From Octopus sinensis (taxonomy: Eukaryota): a DNA stretch of 64,000 bases. Location: contig NC_043005.1 of assembly GCF_006345805.1 (NCBI RefSeq), positions 74,524,001 to 74,588,000 of the forward strand, given 5' to 3'. Positions within the stretch are counted from its first letter, which is position 1; each line of letters opens with the position of its first letter. The notes under the pieces were generated by a model. It was not told the DNA's origin. It made no database searches and saw nothing but the letters and a program-made list of their open reading frames with translations. The position numbers and the translations under genes are program-made. Positions 24,884 to 33,756 of this stretch are shown one piece after another.

Positions 24884-27622
24884 CAATAACAATGGTTTCA
24901 AATTTTGGCACAAGGGCATCAATTTTAGTGGGAGTGGGTAAGTTGATTACATCCACCCTAGTGCTAAGCTGGTGCTTATTTTATTAATGCTGAAAGGACG
25001 AAAGACAAAGTTGACTTTAGATGAATTTGAACTCGGAACTTAAAAGGTAGGCAATTGGTAAGCATTTTGTCCATTGCCTAATGTTTCAGTAAGCATGTCT
25101 ATAGCATGCTTACTATTATTTGAAAAATTAACTAGCCTCATAGAAGATGAATTGCATAGCTTCCTGGAGAAGATAAAGGGATGCAGAAAGATGTCAAAGG
25201 GCACTAAATCAGCTGTATATCGATAGCATGATATTAAATTGATGTATGAATAAGAACACAGTTGTTGGTTGTATAACAAACTTGGGATGTGAAGAGACAG
25301 GAGAAATACCATTAAGCATCTCACCTGGCATGCAAGCAATTCTGTTAGTTACTTGCCTGATAATAAATGACAGTAATAATACGAGGGTAATCCCAAAAGT
25401 AAGGTCTCCAAAGTGCTGGCGACGCAGGGAAACTGTATGTGCAGCTATTGGCAACACTGTTGTGTTTGTTGTGCATGCGTTTGCCCCCTGTGTGCACCTC
25501 GCTGCCACACGCAGTCCTGGCTTGACAGTCTTATCTGATGGAGCTCCCCATCGACACTACTGCCAAGTGTGAAGTTCGTGCAGTTATTTGGTTTTTGAAT
25601 GCAAAAGGCATTAAACTGATTGAAATTCATCACCAATTTATGGAAGTGTATGGTGAGTTGTGCATGGTAGTCAAAAACGTCTGCAAGTGGTGTAGGGAGT
25701 TTGCAGCTGGTTGTACTGAAATTCAGGACAAAGTAAGAAGTGGGCGACCATCAATTTCTGATGAAACAGTTGCAAAGGTTGAGTAAATCCTGCGTGAAAA
25801 TCAGCGGATCACTCTGGATGATCTCCCCATTTTGGTTCCTAAGGTTTTCCGAAGCACCATTCATAGGGTTTTGAGTGAAAATTTGCAATACCAGGTGTGC
25901 ACAAGATGGGTCCCATGAATGCTCACAGAAGGCCATAAATGGCAACCCACCTTATAGTCCGGACTTGGTACCCAGTGACTACCACCTGTTCCTTAAGTTG
26001 TAAGAACATTTAGCTGGAACACGCTTCAGCAATGACAACGAGGTGAAAGATAAGGTTCAACACTTCCTTAAAGACATGGCGGTGAGCTAGTATGACGTGG
26101 GCATACAAAAACTGCCCCAGCGCCTACAAAGGGCGATTATGTAGAAAAATAGATAAATGTTCAAACTTTAAAATGATGTAAACATCCTGGACAAACATTA
26201 CTGTGATTTCTAAATATTTTTGGAGACCTTACTTTTGGGATTGCCCTTGTATTTATGTATATATTTCAGGCCATGCTGTTTGCAGCTTTGTGTAATAATA
26301 CTCTCTTTATTACATAAGTAAGACTGATAGTAAAAAAAAAAAAGGAAAAAAAAAAAAATAATAATTACTTGATATTTTGGAAGTGACAGCCCTAATTTAT
26401 CAGGCCGCAGCATCTTATATTTCGTCAGTAAACCAATTAATGAAGGGACATTCCCCTGAAAAGATAAAACATCAAATGAGAAAAAGATATATAATTTACA
26501 TTCATTAATATTGAGTCCAGTTTGGAATGAAGGCAGCAGAAATGAAAATAAGGATCTTAGAACTTATATAATGAAGATACTGATTACTGGGGTAGACAGT
26601 TTCAGTCTATGATGTGTGACAGAGTAAAGTGCCTTCATTGTAAACATAGAGCAGTAATGCTTACAGAGTATAAACTCTGACTCTTGAGCTGGTTGACAAG
26701 ATATCATACTGACAACAGAACCATATTAACTCTTGCAAACCATATTAACTGTAAAGCATTCAAAGGAGTTGAATCAAGCATGGAGAAGTCAACATTAAAA
26801 TGATGATGATGATAGTCAGATAGGCAGATGGATATAGATATGCTTAGTAAATACAAAATTGGAACTGTTTATGATGCTAATCTCATATATGCTGTGTCAG
26901 TGTAGCAGTTTATTAGTACGCTCAACCACTCTAGCAACATTTATGTAAATTAGGTCAGGTCTGGTTCAGTCAGTGGTGCACACTTTTGTGTCTCAGTAAA
27001 CAAGTAATCAAACCCTGACGATGGCTTTAACAAAAGCTGAAACTAATCGATTAATTAACTCGATCCTTCTCACTGGCTGTCAAAAGGCCTATGATTTAAC
27101 CAAGAGACCAATTGTCTTGGTAATAATTTTGTTATTCTAGCACACGCACAAATATAGAACTGCACAAATAGTCTGTATGTTTGATTTTTGTACATTTCAG
27201 TTTTTCTGAAATTCAAAGAAGAGGAATATCAAGTCAAAGAGACAAATCTCAGGAATGACATACACACAAACATCACTAATCCAAACACTGAACTACTAAG
27301 AACATTAATCAAATGAACCAAACCTTAAGGAATACCTGTTCACATTTAACTGTACAAGCAGGTCAGTGTTTTGCCATGCTAGTACTGGTTAAACATATAT
27401 ATGACTGAGGCATTGTTTTACAGTTGGATGCCCTTCCTGTCACTAACCCTTAGGTGATTTGCAAGTAAAGCATCGCTTATATCAAATGACTTTGAAAGAA
27501 CAAAGTAACAAGCAATTTGTTTACAGAAGTGACAACACAGTTTGAACAATCACAGATACATACTTACAAATGTGTGTGAGTGCGAGAGAGGGAAGAGGAG
27601 AGTGAAAGTTCATGGATAAAAT

Positions 27623-27656
<34 letters not shown>

Positions 27657-27657
27657 A

Positions 27658-27724
<67 letters not shown>

Positions 27725-30700
27725 ATATTCAAGATTGTGTTGGACAGATAAGAGAAACTTGGCAATTTAGAACGTTCTGGAAAATCCATTAATTAGTCAC
27801 AAAATTTGTTTGGCACCAGTCACATCACAAATCAATATTTTCGATTTTGCAGAACAGACAATGAGTATGGAAATAGCATTAAATGACAATGGCAATGAAA
27901 CACTTTACCGTTTTCTTCCACAACAAAATCAGCTCATTTATTCGGAATAATGTAACATCAGGATATAAAGTCAGCTCACTCAAAATGTAACAGATTTCTG
28001 GGAGCTGAAGGAAGAGAAACAATTTCAAAATATGAGCAGAAGGAATCAGTTATAAACTGTAGACTAGAATGCGTTTAATACAAACCATTTTATTATTCAC
28101 TCTGCTTCTTTAATAGAAAAATCATTCATTTTAAAGAATTCTGAACTAATTTAAAACTTTGCAGCATAGATTTTATATGAGAAACTTTTGTGAAGTTATG
28201 GTTCTGGTATTAGCATCAAGAAATGGTTAATTACTTCCAAATTTTTGACTATTTGAAAAATTGAAAGACATAAGCAGTGTATGTCTATAAGATAATATGG
28301 TCATGAAAGAATTACATTTCATATGACAGGCTACTGGTTGGATGGATGGATAGGCATGGCTCTGTGCTAAGAAGCTTGCTTCCCAACCACATGATTCCAG
28401 GTTCAGTCCAACTATGTGGCACTAGTCTTTGGTCAAACAAAGTACTATGAGTGGATCTGGTAGATGGAAGCTGAAAGAAACCTGTTCATCATCGTCATTT
28501 AAAGTTCGCTTTCCACATAGGCATGGGTTGGACAAGCGGGAGGCTGCACCGGGCCCCAATCTGATCTGGCAAGGTTTTTACAGCTGGATGCCCTTCCTAA
28601 TGCCAACCACTCTGAGTGTAGTGGGTGCTTTTCATCATCATCATCATCATCGTTTAACGTCCGTTCTCCATGCTAGCATGGGTTGGACGGTTCGACCGGG
28701 GATCTGGGAAGCCAGAAGGCTGCACCAGGCTCCAGTCTTATCTGGTAATGTTTCTACAGCTGGATGCCCTTCCTAACGCCAACCACTCCGTGGTTTATAT
28801 TTTTATATACCACAAGCACAGAAGCTAGTCAGGCTGCACTGGCATCAGCCACACTGAAATGGTGCTTTTTATGTGCCACCAGCATGGGTACCATTCAGGT
28901 GGCACTGGCATCAGCCATAACTAAAATTCACTCAGTTGAACAGGCCAGTCAGCCATGACAATGATTTCACTTGACTCAACAGTTCTTCTCAAGCACAGCA
29001 TATTGACCAACAATTGAAGGGTGCTTTTAAACAGGCCAGTTACGTGACCACAATTACAATCTCATTTGGCTTGCCGGATCTTCTCAAGCACAGCAGATCT
29101 CCAAAAATTTCAGTCACTTGTCATTGCCCCTGTGAGACCCAACGTTTGAAGGCCATGCTTCACCACCTCATCCCATGTCTTCCTGGGTCTACCTCTACCA
29201 CAGGTTCCCTTCACTGTTAGGGTATGACACTTCACACAGCTGTCCTCATCCATACACATCACATGACAATACTAGTGCAGTTGTCTCTCCCGCACACCAC
29301 ATCTGATGCTTCAACAAGCCAAATAACATCAGAAAATAAGGTTAGCAGTTCTAGCAATTTTATCAGAGATAAACCGTATACAGAAACACGAAGAAGAATT
29401 AGAAGGATACTTACAATATCATAATTTCTGAGAAGATAAAAGAACACATTGTACACTGCATGAAGCTTATCATAGGCATCCATGTATGGCATGACAAGTA
29501 CAATCCAGTGAAATACTAATTTCTGAAATATTAAACGAGAAACAATTAATTTACACATTTAGTGTTGTAAAGGAAATCAAACAGAGTTATGCAATGTGAT
29601 GTTAAATTTGAATTTACAATTTCTCGGCCTATTGGTGAGTTTACATCAACATTATCTATGAGAATTTCTCTGCTCAAGAAACTTTGGGCAGCATTTTGCC
29701 TTTTCTATGTTCAAACATATTAAATTAGTCTGGTTGGGTGGTAAGAGGTTTGCTTCATAACCACACAGTTCTAGGTTCAATCCCACTCTGTAGCACCTGG
29801 GGCAAATGTTTTCTACTACAACCTTGGGGTGACCAAAGTCTTGTAAGTGGATTTTGTAGATGGAAACTGAAAGAAACCCATTGTGTGTGCATGTCTTGTC
29901 TGTCTCTCTCCATTGCTTGACTATCTATGTTTGTTTACATCCCCATGACTTAGCAGATTGGCAAAAGGAACTAATATATCAAATACCAGGATTAAAAAAA
30001 ATAAACACTGGCAATGATTTGTTCAACTAACACTCTTCAAGGCAGGGTCCCAGCGTGGCCAATCTAATGAGTGAAACATGATCAAAGATAACTGTATTTC
30101 ATTCAATGTCGCTTACTCTGGCTCTGGTTGTCAAACAGTGGTGTGGTACAAACACAGACACAAAAACACACACATGTATATATCTTATTTCTTTATTGCC
30201 CACAAGGGGCTAAACATAGAAGGGACAAACAAGGACAAAGGGATTAAGTCGATTACATCGACCCCAGTGCGTAACTGGTACTTAATTTATCGACCCCGAA
30301 AGGATGAAAGGTAAAGTCGCCCTCGGCGTAATTTGAACTCAGAACGTAGCGGCAGACAAAATATCGATAATTATTTCACCCGGCGTGCTAATGTTTCTGC
30401 CAGCTCGCCGCCTTACACACATGTATATATCTATATGACGGGCTTCTTTCAGATGGTCAGCCCAAGACTATAGTAGAAAACGCTTGCTTAAGGTGCCACA
30501 CAGTGGGACTGAACCCAGATCCATGCAGCTGGGAAGCAAACTTCTTACTATGTAGCCAAGTCTGCACCTACAAATGTGGAAGTGTCATCTGTTAGGTGCA
30601 TCACATTAACCTGCAAAGCACAGCACTCAGTCTTCTGTAATAGAACCAAATGGATTTATTTTAACATGATGTACAATGATAAAACTTTTTTATACACTCA

Positions 30701-30803
30701 CCGTGAATGATGTATTGGCTTTTTCTGAAATAGTGTGATGATTTATACATGATAGAAGTCTGATGGCAGCTCTTTGTGGGAAAGTTGTTTGTGGGATACA
30801 ACA
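3507..30803 (-). CDS. CENPI: Centromere protein I (CENP-I / Mis6 family), partial spliced gene: 11 exons plus 2 duplicated exon copies
   Basis: Exons with GT-AG boundaries and matching phases join into 1172 nt of open frame (about 390 aa). Motifs occur in the same order as human CENP-I as I recall it: KLVFHWIVLV~VLFYRWLVAM; LPEICYILSELT..V.LFR~CPYVCHLLYLLT..VKPFR; LPIQIGSVIDNPLLQY~LPSQMGSVLNNSLLLHY; EGTPAIEYFLYQFLDTWDG~EGFYSCEAFLYKSLPLWDG; CRILITLTELVTNY~CSVLQSLKELLQNW. Start and stop codons are not in the window. Confidence 0.88.
4760..4824 (-). CDS. CENPI: CENP-I exon (ELHQILLDPLRKIFFRRGTYLK)
   Basis: tattcag|AA acceptor, AAG|gtaaaa donor, 65 nt, phase 1-0. Confidence 0.85.
6895..7071 (+). 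mobile_element. Helentron/DINE-like non-autonomous element (probable)
   Basis: aaagtttcatctgaatccatccagcagttcttgagata core, (CAAA)n tract and terminal stem-loop acctctgcctt-tgct-aaggcggacgt (7041-7066). Confidence 0.5.
7329..7446 (-). CDS. CENPI: CENP-I exon (EGTPAIEYFLYQFLDTWDGFHFNQSIFKLIPHIRIHKFS)
   Basis: caatcag|GAA acceptor, CAG|gtaagt donor, 118 nt, phase 0-1. Confidence 0.88.
7824..8697 (+). mobile_element. Non-autonomous Helitron, composite with a second 5' end near 8325
   Basis: a|TCTATATATATAAAAG start; cccgagcaacgccggg hairpin followed by CTAG|t end; inserted between A and T. Confidence 0.85.
10645..10727 (-). CDS. CENPI: CENP-I exon (AFIENSVPNYDYLEEFLSKLAGFMRRTK)
   Basis: tctgcag|CT acceptor, AAG|gtactt donor, 83 nt, phase 1-0. 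Confidence 0.8.
10817..11327 (-). mobile_element. Non-autonomous Helitron of the same family as 7824-8697
   Basis: The reverse complement shows a TC start, the same internal core, the hairpin and a CTAG end. Confidence 0.85.
14052..14172 (-). CDS. CENPI: Duplicated CENP-I LPIQ exon (intact, matches 20326-20446)
   Basis: Same 121-nt sequence and splice sites as the other copy. Confidence 0.75.
14700..15050 (+). mobile_element. Mariner transposase N-terminal relic (duplicated at about 20975-21325)
   Basis: Frameshifted pieces EFHK..NASAA..I..TYGDDVV..RS.RRW and KFKVSHTTILHKLKRIG. Confidence 0.65.
15255..15421 (-). pseudogene. CENPI: Duplicated CENP-I VRKK exon carrying a 1-nt deletion (frameshifted)
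   Basis: 167 nt versus 168 nt; + strand reads cctcacatatgag here and cctcacaatatgag at about 21612-21625; both splice sites are intact. Confidence 0.75.
15525..15620 (+). mobile_element. LINE reverse-transcriptase fragment, RTE-like (duplicated at about 21800-21900)
   Basis: PWELLYADDLALIAESLSELEEKFQ, containing the YADD catalytic motif. Confidence 0.8.
16884..17100 (+). mobile_element. RTE-like LINE 3' coding end (duplicated at about 23164-23380)
   Basis: W.HVM.MNED.C.K.C.SL..EGT....RPRK.WD.VVRKDLRTLGLTE.MT pattern. Confidence 0.75.
20326..20446 (-). CDS. CENPI: CENP-I exon (LPIQIGSVIDNPLLQYLITYNKNRHVTGQFNWWLYHTCYD), copy in the second repeat unit
   Basis: tttgtag|CTA acceptor, ATG|gtaagt donor, 121 nt, phase 0-1. 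Confidence 0.85.
21532..21699 (-). CDS. CENPI: CENP-I exon, intact copy (VRKKAKLSKLIPQVQSS...ILTFEDLLRYIDQIQ)
   Basis: ctttcag|GTT acceptor, CAA|gtaaga donor, 168 nt, phase 0-0, open. Confidence 0.85.
24696..24803 (-). CDS. CENPI: CENP-I exon (CFYRIPNQRLQKIIQGVQLRRGLELRNLAYKSAKSP)
   Basis: ttttcag|TGT acceptor, CCT|gtaagt donor, 108 nt, phase 0-0. Confidence 0.82.
25382..26249 (+). mobile_element. Mariner-family DNA transposon, internally deleted and degenerate
   Basis: About 30-bp TIRs (CGAGGGTAATCCCAAAAGTAAGGTCTCCA / TGGAGACCTTACTTTTGGGATTGCCCTTG), TA TSD; HTH region with RSGRP, then WVP and YSPDL-like motifs, with stops and frameshifts. Confidence 0.9.
26369..26455 (-). CDS. CENPI: CENP-I exon (GNVPSLIGLLTKYKMLRPDKLGLSLPKYQ)
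   Basis: ttttcag|GGG acceptor, CAA|gtaatt donor, 87 nt, phase 0-0. Confidence 0.85.
27620..27722. repeat. (GA)n microsatellite
   Basis: Direct inspection; many other (TA)n, (CA)n, (TAA)n, (TGA)n and (GAGT)n tracts occur across the window. Confidence 0.97.
27909..28004 (-). CDS. CENPI: CENP-I exon (LPEICYILSELTLYPDVTLFRINELILLWKKT)
   Basis: ccttcag|CTC acceptor, ACG|gtaaag donor, 96 nt, phase 0-0. Confidence 0.88.
29415..29522 (-). CDS. CENPI: CENP-I exon (KLVFHWIVLVMPYMDAYDKLHAVYNVFFYLLRNYDI)
   Basis: atttcag|AAA acceptor, ATT|gtaagt donor, 108 nt, phase 0-0. Confidence 0.88.
30186..30414 (-). mobile_element. tRNA-derived SINE family C (~230 bp), full length with 18-bp TSD
   Basis: Head aggcggcgagctggcagaaac with a B-box-like GAGTTCAAATT; tail ending AATAAAGAAATA; TSD acacacatgtatatatct. 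Confidence 0.9.
30702..30803 (-). CDS. CENPI: CENP-I exon, first visible (CCIPQTTFPQRAAIRLLSCINHHTISEKANTSFT)
   Basis: cattcag|TGT acceptor, ACG|gtgagt donor, 102 nt, phase 0-0; about 40 nt from the N gap. Confidence 0.8.
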
Positions 30804-30843
30804 CTGAATGAGATCACAACTAATTCGAATTCCTTATAAGGAA

Positions 30844-30943
30844 NNNNNNNNNNNNNNNNNNNNNNNNNNNNNNNNNNNNNNNNNNNNNNNNNNNNNNNNN
30901 NNNNNNNNNNNNNNNNNNNNNNNNNNNNNNNNNNNNNNNNNNN
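30844..30943. other. Assembly gap (100 N)
   Basis: Run of exactly 100 N, a common placeholder for a gap of unknown size. Confidence 0.99.
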
Positions 30944-32797
30944 TGTAATATTATATGTTATGATTGATCAGAAGTCTTGACAGATTGAACGACTTGCTGC
31001 TATGTTTAGCAGGTCAAATAACCATGAAGAGGTTTCTTGTTTAAGATAGTAAGTTCCTTCAATATATATACAGAAGGATTACATATTTTCAGTAGAGTAC
31101 ATATTTATTTAAACTTTACAACGAAAAGGTTGACAAAGTCTTAAAAGTTTTGGCTTGCATATGCAATATTTACAGTCTCATGAAGGCAAGCAAAACAAAA
31201 CTTGGAAATCACTGTCAACATTTTCCTGATAAAAGTTTAAGAATATATGTTGGCAAAAAACTATCTGCCTCAATATTACGTTTAGTTGAAAGGACTGGTC
31301 TTGAGTGTATCTTGTTGACCTCATTAATGGTGGTACCATGATAAAAGTACCTAGTACACACTGTAGTGGTTGGCATTAGGAACATTATCAAGCCTTACAA
31401 ACTATGCCAAAGCAGACACTAGAGCTTGATGCGGTCCTCAGGCTTCCCATCTTATGAACTGTCCAACCATTCCATAAATAATGATGATGATGCTATATGT
31501 ATGTATAATTACACACACACAAACACACACTTAAAATGTAATGTGTGTGTGTGTGTGTGTAAAGAGAAATGAACTGATTCAAATATATTACTGGTGCTAT
31601 TTTGTAACACCCAGTGCTGCATGATCTTATGAAATGGCCTTTCAGAAATGAAAGGCCATAACCCAAATAGCAAAACGCATTTCATTTGGTATTTAGCCTT
31701 TCTGCCAACTGTAACTAAATTAGAATGGTTTCTATTTCAAAGTAAATTTGGATAAAGAATAAAAATATCATGTAAACATTTAAATTTTTTCATGAAGGAT
31801 TTTAAGGGGTGATAAAGCCAAGTGAAAGGAGAGCAGCTGATCAACAACAGAAGTGGTTGTGATTTAAAACTATATTGAATATATTTGCAGGCAAGCTAAA
31901 TCTGCTTTGGCCCCAGAATCTCTTCATAGAAACATTTACTCTGTTTAGGGCTACATATAATGTTCTTGAATTAAACATTTGAGGTTGCTTGTATTTTTAA
32001 TGAAATTTATCTTTCACAGTCAGAGAAAACTTAATAGGGATAGACTGGTTGGGGCCGTTATTGTTGTACATTTAAAATTTGATTGTTTGATTCCTAACAG
32101 CATAACTGAAATTAACTTGAGTATGATAACAAATTTTGGAGCCTTTTGACTTGGAAGAAAGCCAAATATTTTAAAGACAGACATCCGTAATTACATTCTA
32201 GTTTTTTTTTTTTTTTATTTCAAAGATCCTTCTTTCATCAAACTTAACAGAAATTAAACACAGTCAGTTTTGAGCTCAAAATAATGTAAAAAATGTCTAG
32301 AAAGGATAAATGTCTTTAATGCCATACTATTTAAAGAGAGATCTACAGTCAATTGAATCACAGCTTGTATATGGAATGAACAAAAACCTTAGAACCAACA
32401 GGACTTGACATCAGGATATTGTGAAAGAGAACTAAGTGGTCATTTCAAATTTTGGCACAAGGCCAGCAATTTTAGGAGAGGAGTAACTTGATTACATTAA
32501 CCCCAGTCCTCAACTGGTTCTTATTTTATCAATCTCAAAATGATGAAAGGCAATGATGACCTCAGCAGCATTTGAACTCAGAACATAAAGATGGATGAAA
32601 TGCCGCTAAGCAATATGCCCAGCATGCTGGCATTTCTGCCAGTTTGCCACCCTAAAGAAGCTAAGTATTGGTTTCAAATTTCGGCACAAGGGCAACAATT
32701 TGACAGGAGGGGTAAGTCAAATACATCAACCCCAGTAACTGACTGGTAGTTATTTTATCAAAAAGAATTTGGTTTAATCTCTGCTATATCTACTAAG

Positions 32798-33115
32798 GGA
32801 AGCACAATGGCCCAGTGGTTAGGGCAGTGGACTCGCAGTTGGAGGATCACGGTTTCGAATCCCAGACCGGGCGTTGTGAGGTGTTTATTGAGCGAAAACA
32901 CCTAAAGCTCCATGAGGCTCCAGCTGGGGTTGGTGGTGAACCCTGTTGTACTCTTTCGCCCCAACTTTCTCTCACTCTTTCTTCCTGTTTCTTGAGTAAT
33001 GCTGTGATGGACTGGCATCCCGTCCAGCTGGGGGAAAACATATGCCACAGAAACTGGGAAACCGGGCCCATGAGCCTGGCTGGCTAGGCTTGAAAAGGGC
33101 GCATAAATAAATAAG
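32798..33115 (+). mobile_element. SINE family E (variant copies at about 17245-17648 - and 23525-23928 -)
   Basis: Same tRNA-like head and body as 62441-62743. Confidence 0.85.
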
Positions 33116-33241
33116 AAAAAATATGGGAATTTCTTATACATGGATAGTATTATAATCCTTTACAAAACTTTTTTTAAGCCCCAAAAATTAAGGGGTTCCT
33201 TATACATAAGGGTTCCTTATACATGTTAAAATACAGTAAAC

Positions 33242-33470
33242 ATTTCTTTACTGCCCACAAGGGGCTACACAGAGGGGACAAACAAGGATAGACAAACAGA
33301 TTGAGTCGATTATATCGACACCAGTGTGTAACTGGTACTTATTTAATCAACCCCAAAAGGATGAAAGGCAAAGTTGACCTCAGCGGAATTTGAACTCATA
33401 ACGTAGCGACAGACGAAATACTGCTAAGCATTTCGCCCAGTGTGCTAACGTTTCTGTCAGCTCGCCACCT
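33242..33470 (-). mobile_element. SINE family C
   Basis: Matches 30186-30414; TSD aatacagtaaa. Confidence 0.88.
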
Positions 33471-33581
33471 TAATACAGTAAATACTACTAACAAAAGGAC
33501 AATATAAATAATTTTTGGATGGCTGAAAGTTATTACAAATAATTAACATTTTATCAAACTTTTGTGCAATATCCAACTTAC

Positions 33582-33756
33582 CACAAACTTCTTCAGATGT
33601 GGACATTTCATGTGCTCTCCAGTTTATGCAAATACCAGCTCTCAAACAGCGGGCAGCATATGCAGCAACAGCCGTGCAGAAACACTGGCAGTCACCACCT
33701 CTATCGCAAGAACAAGAATCATCCCGACATGAAGTGTAGTACCAATTTGGATCCAC
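33582..33756 (-). CDS. Mucin/VWF-like exon: C8 (VDPNWYYTSCRDDSCSCDRGGDCQCFC...EEVC), last found
   Basis: ttgttag|GTG acceptor, G|gtaagt donor, 175 nt, phase 0-1. Confidence 0.93.

Noticed and set aside
32798-32875. tRNA-like sequences (also at 62441, 17575-17648, and the family A and C heads)
   Set aside because: The acceptor stem is not closed, and each continues into a repeated SINE body, with a TSD visible at 62441-62743; these are SINE heads, not tRNA genes
29415-33756. Mucin-CENP-I fusion gene
   Set aside because: The splice phases are incompatible (1 vs 0) and an unsized gap lies between the two genes
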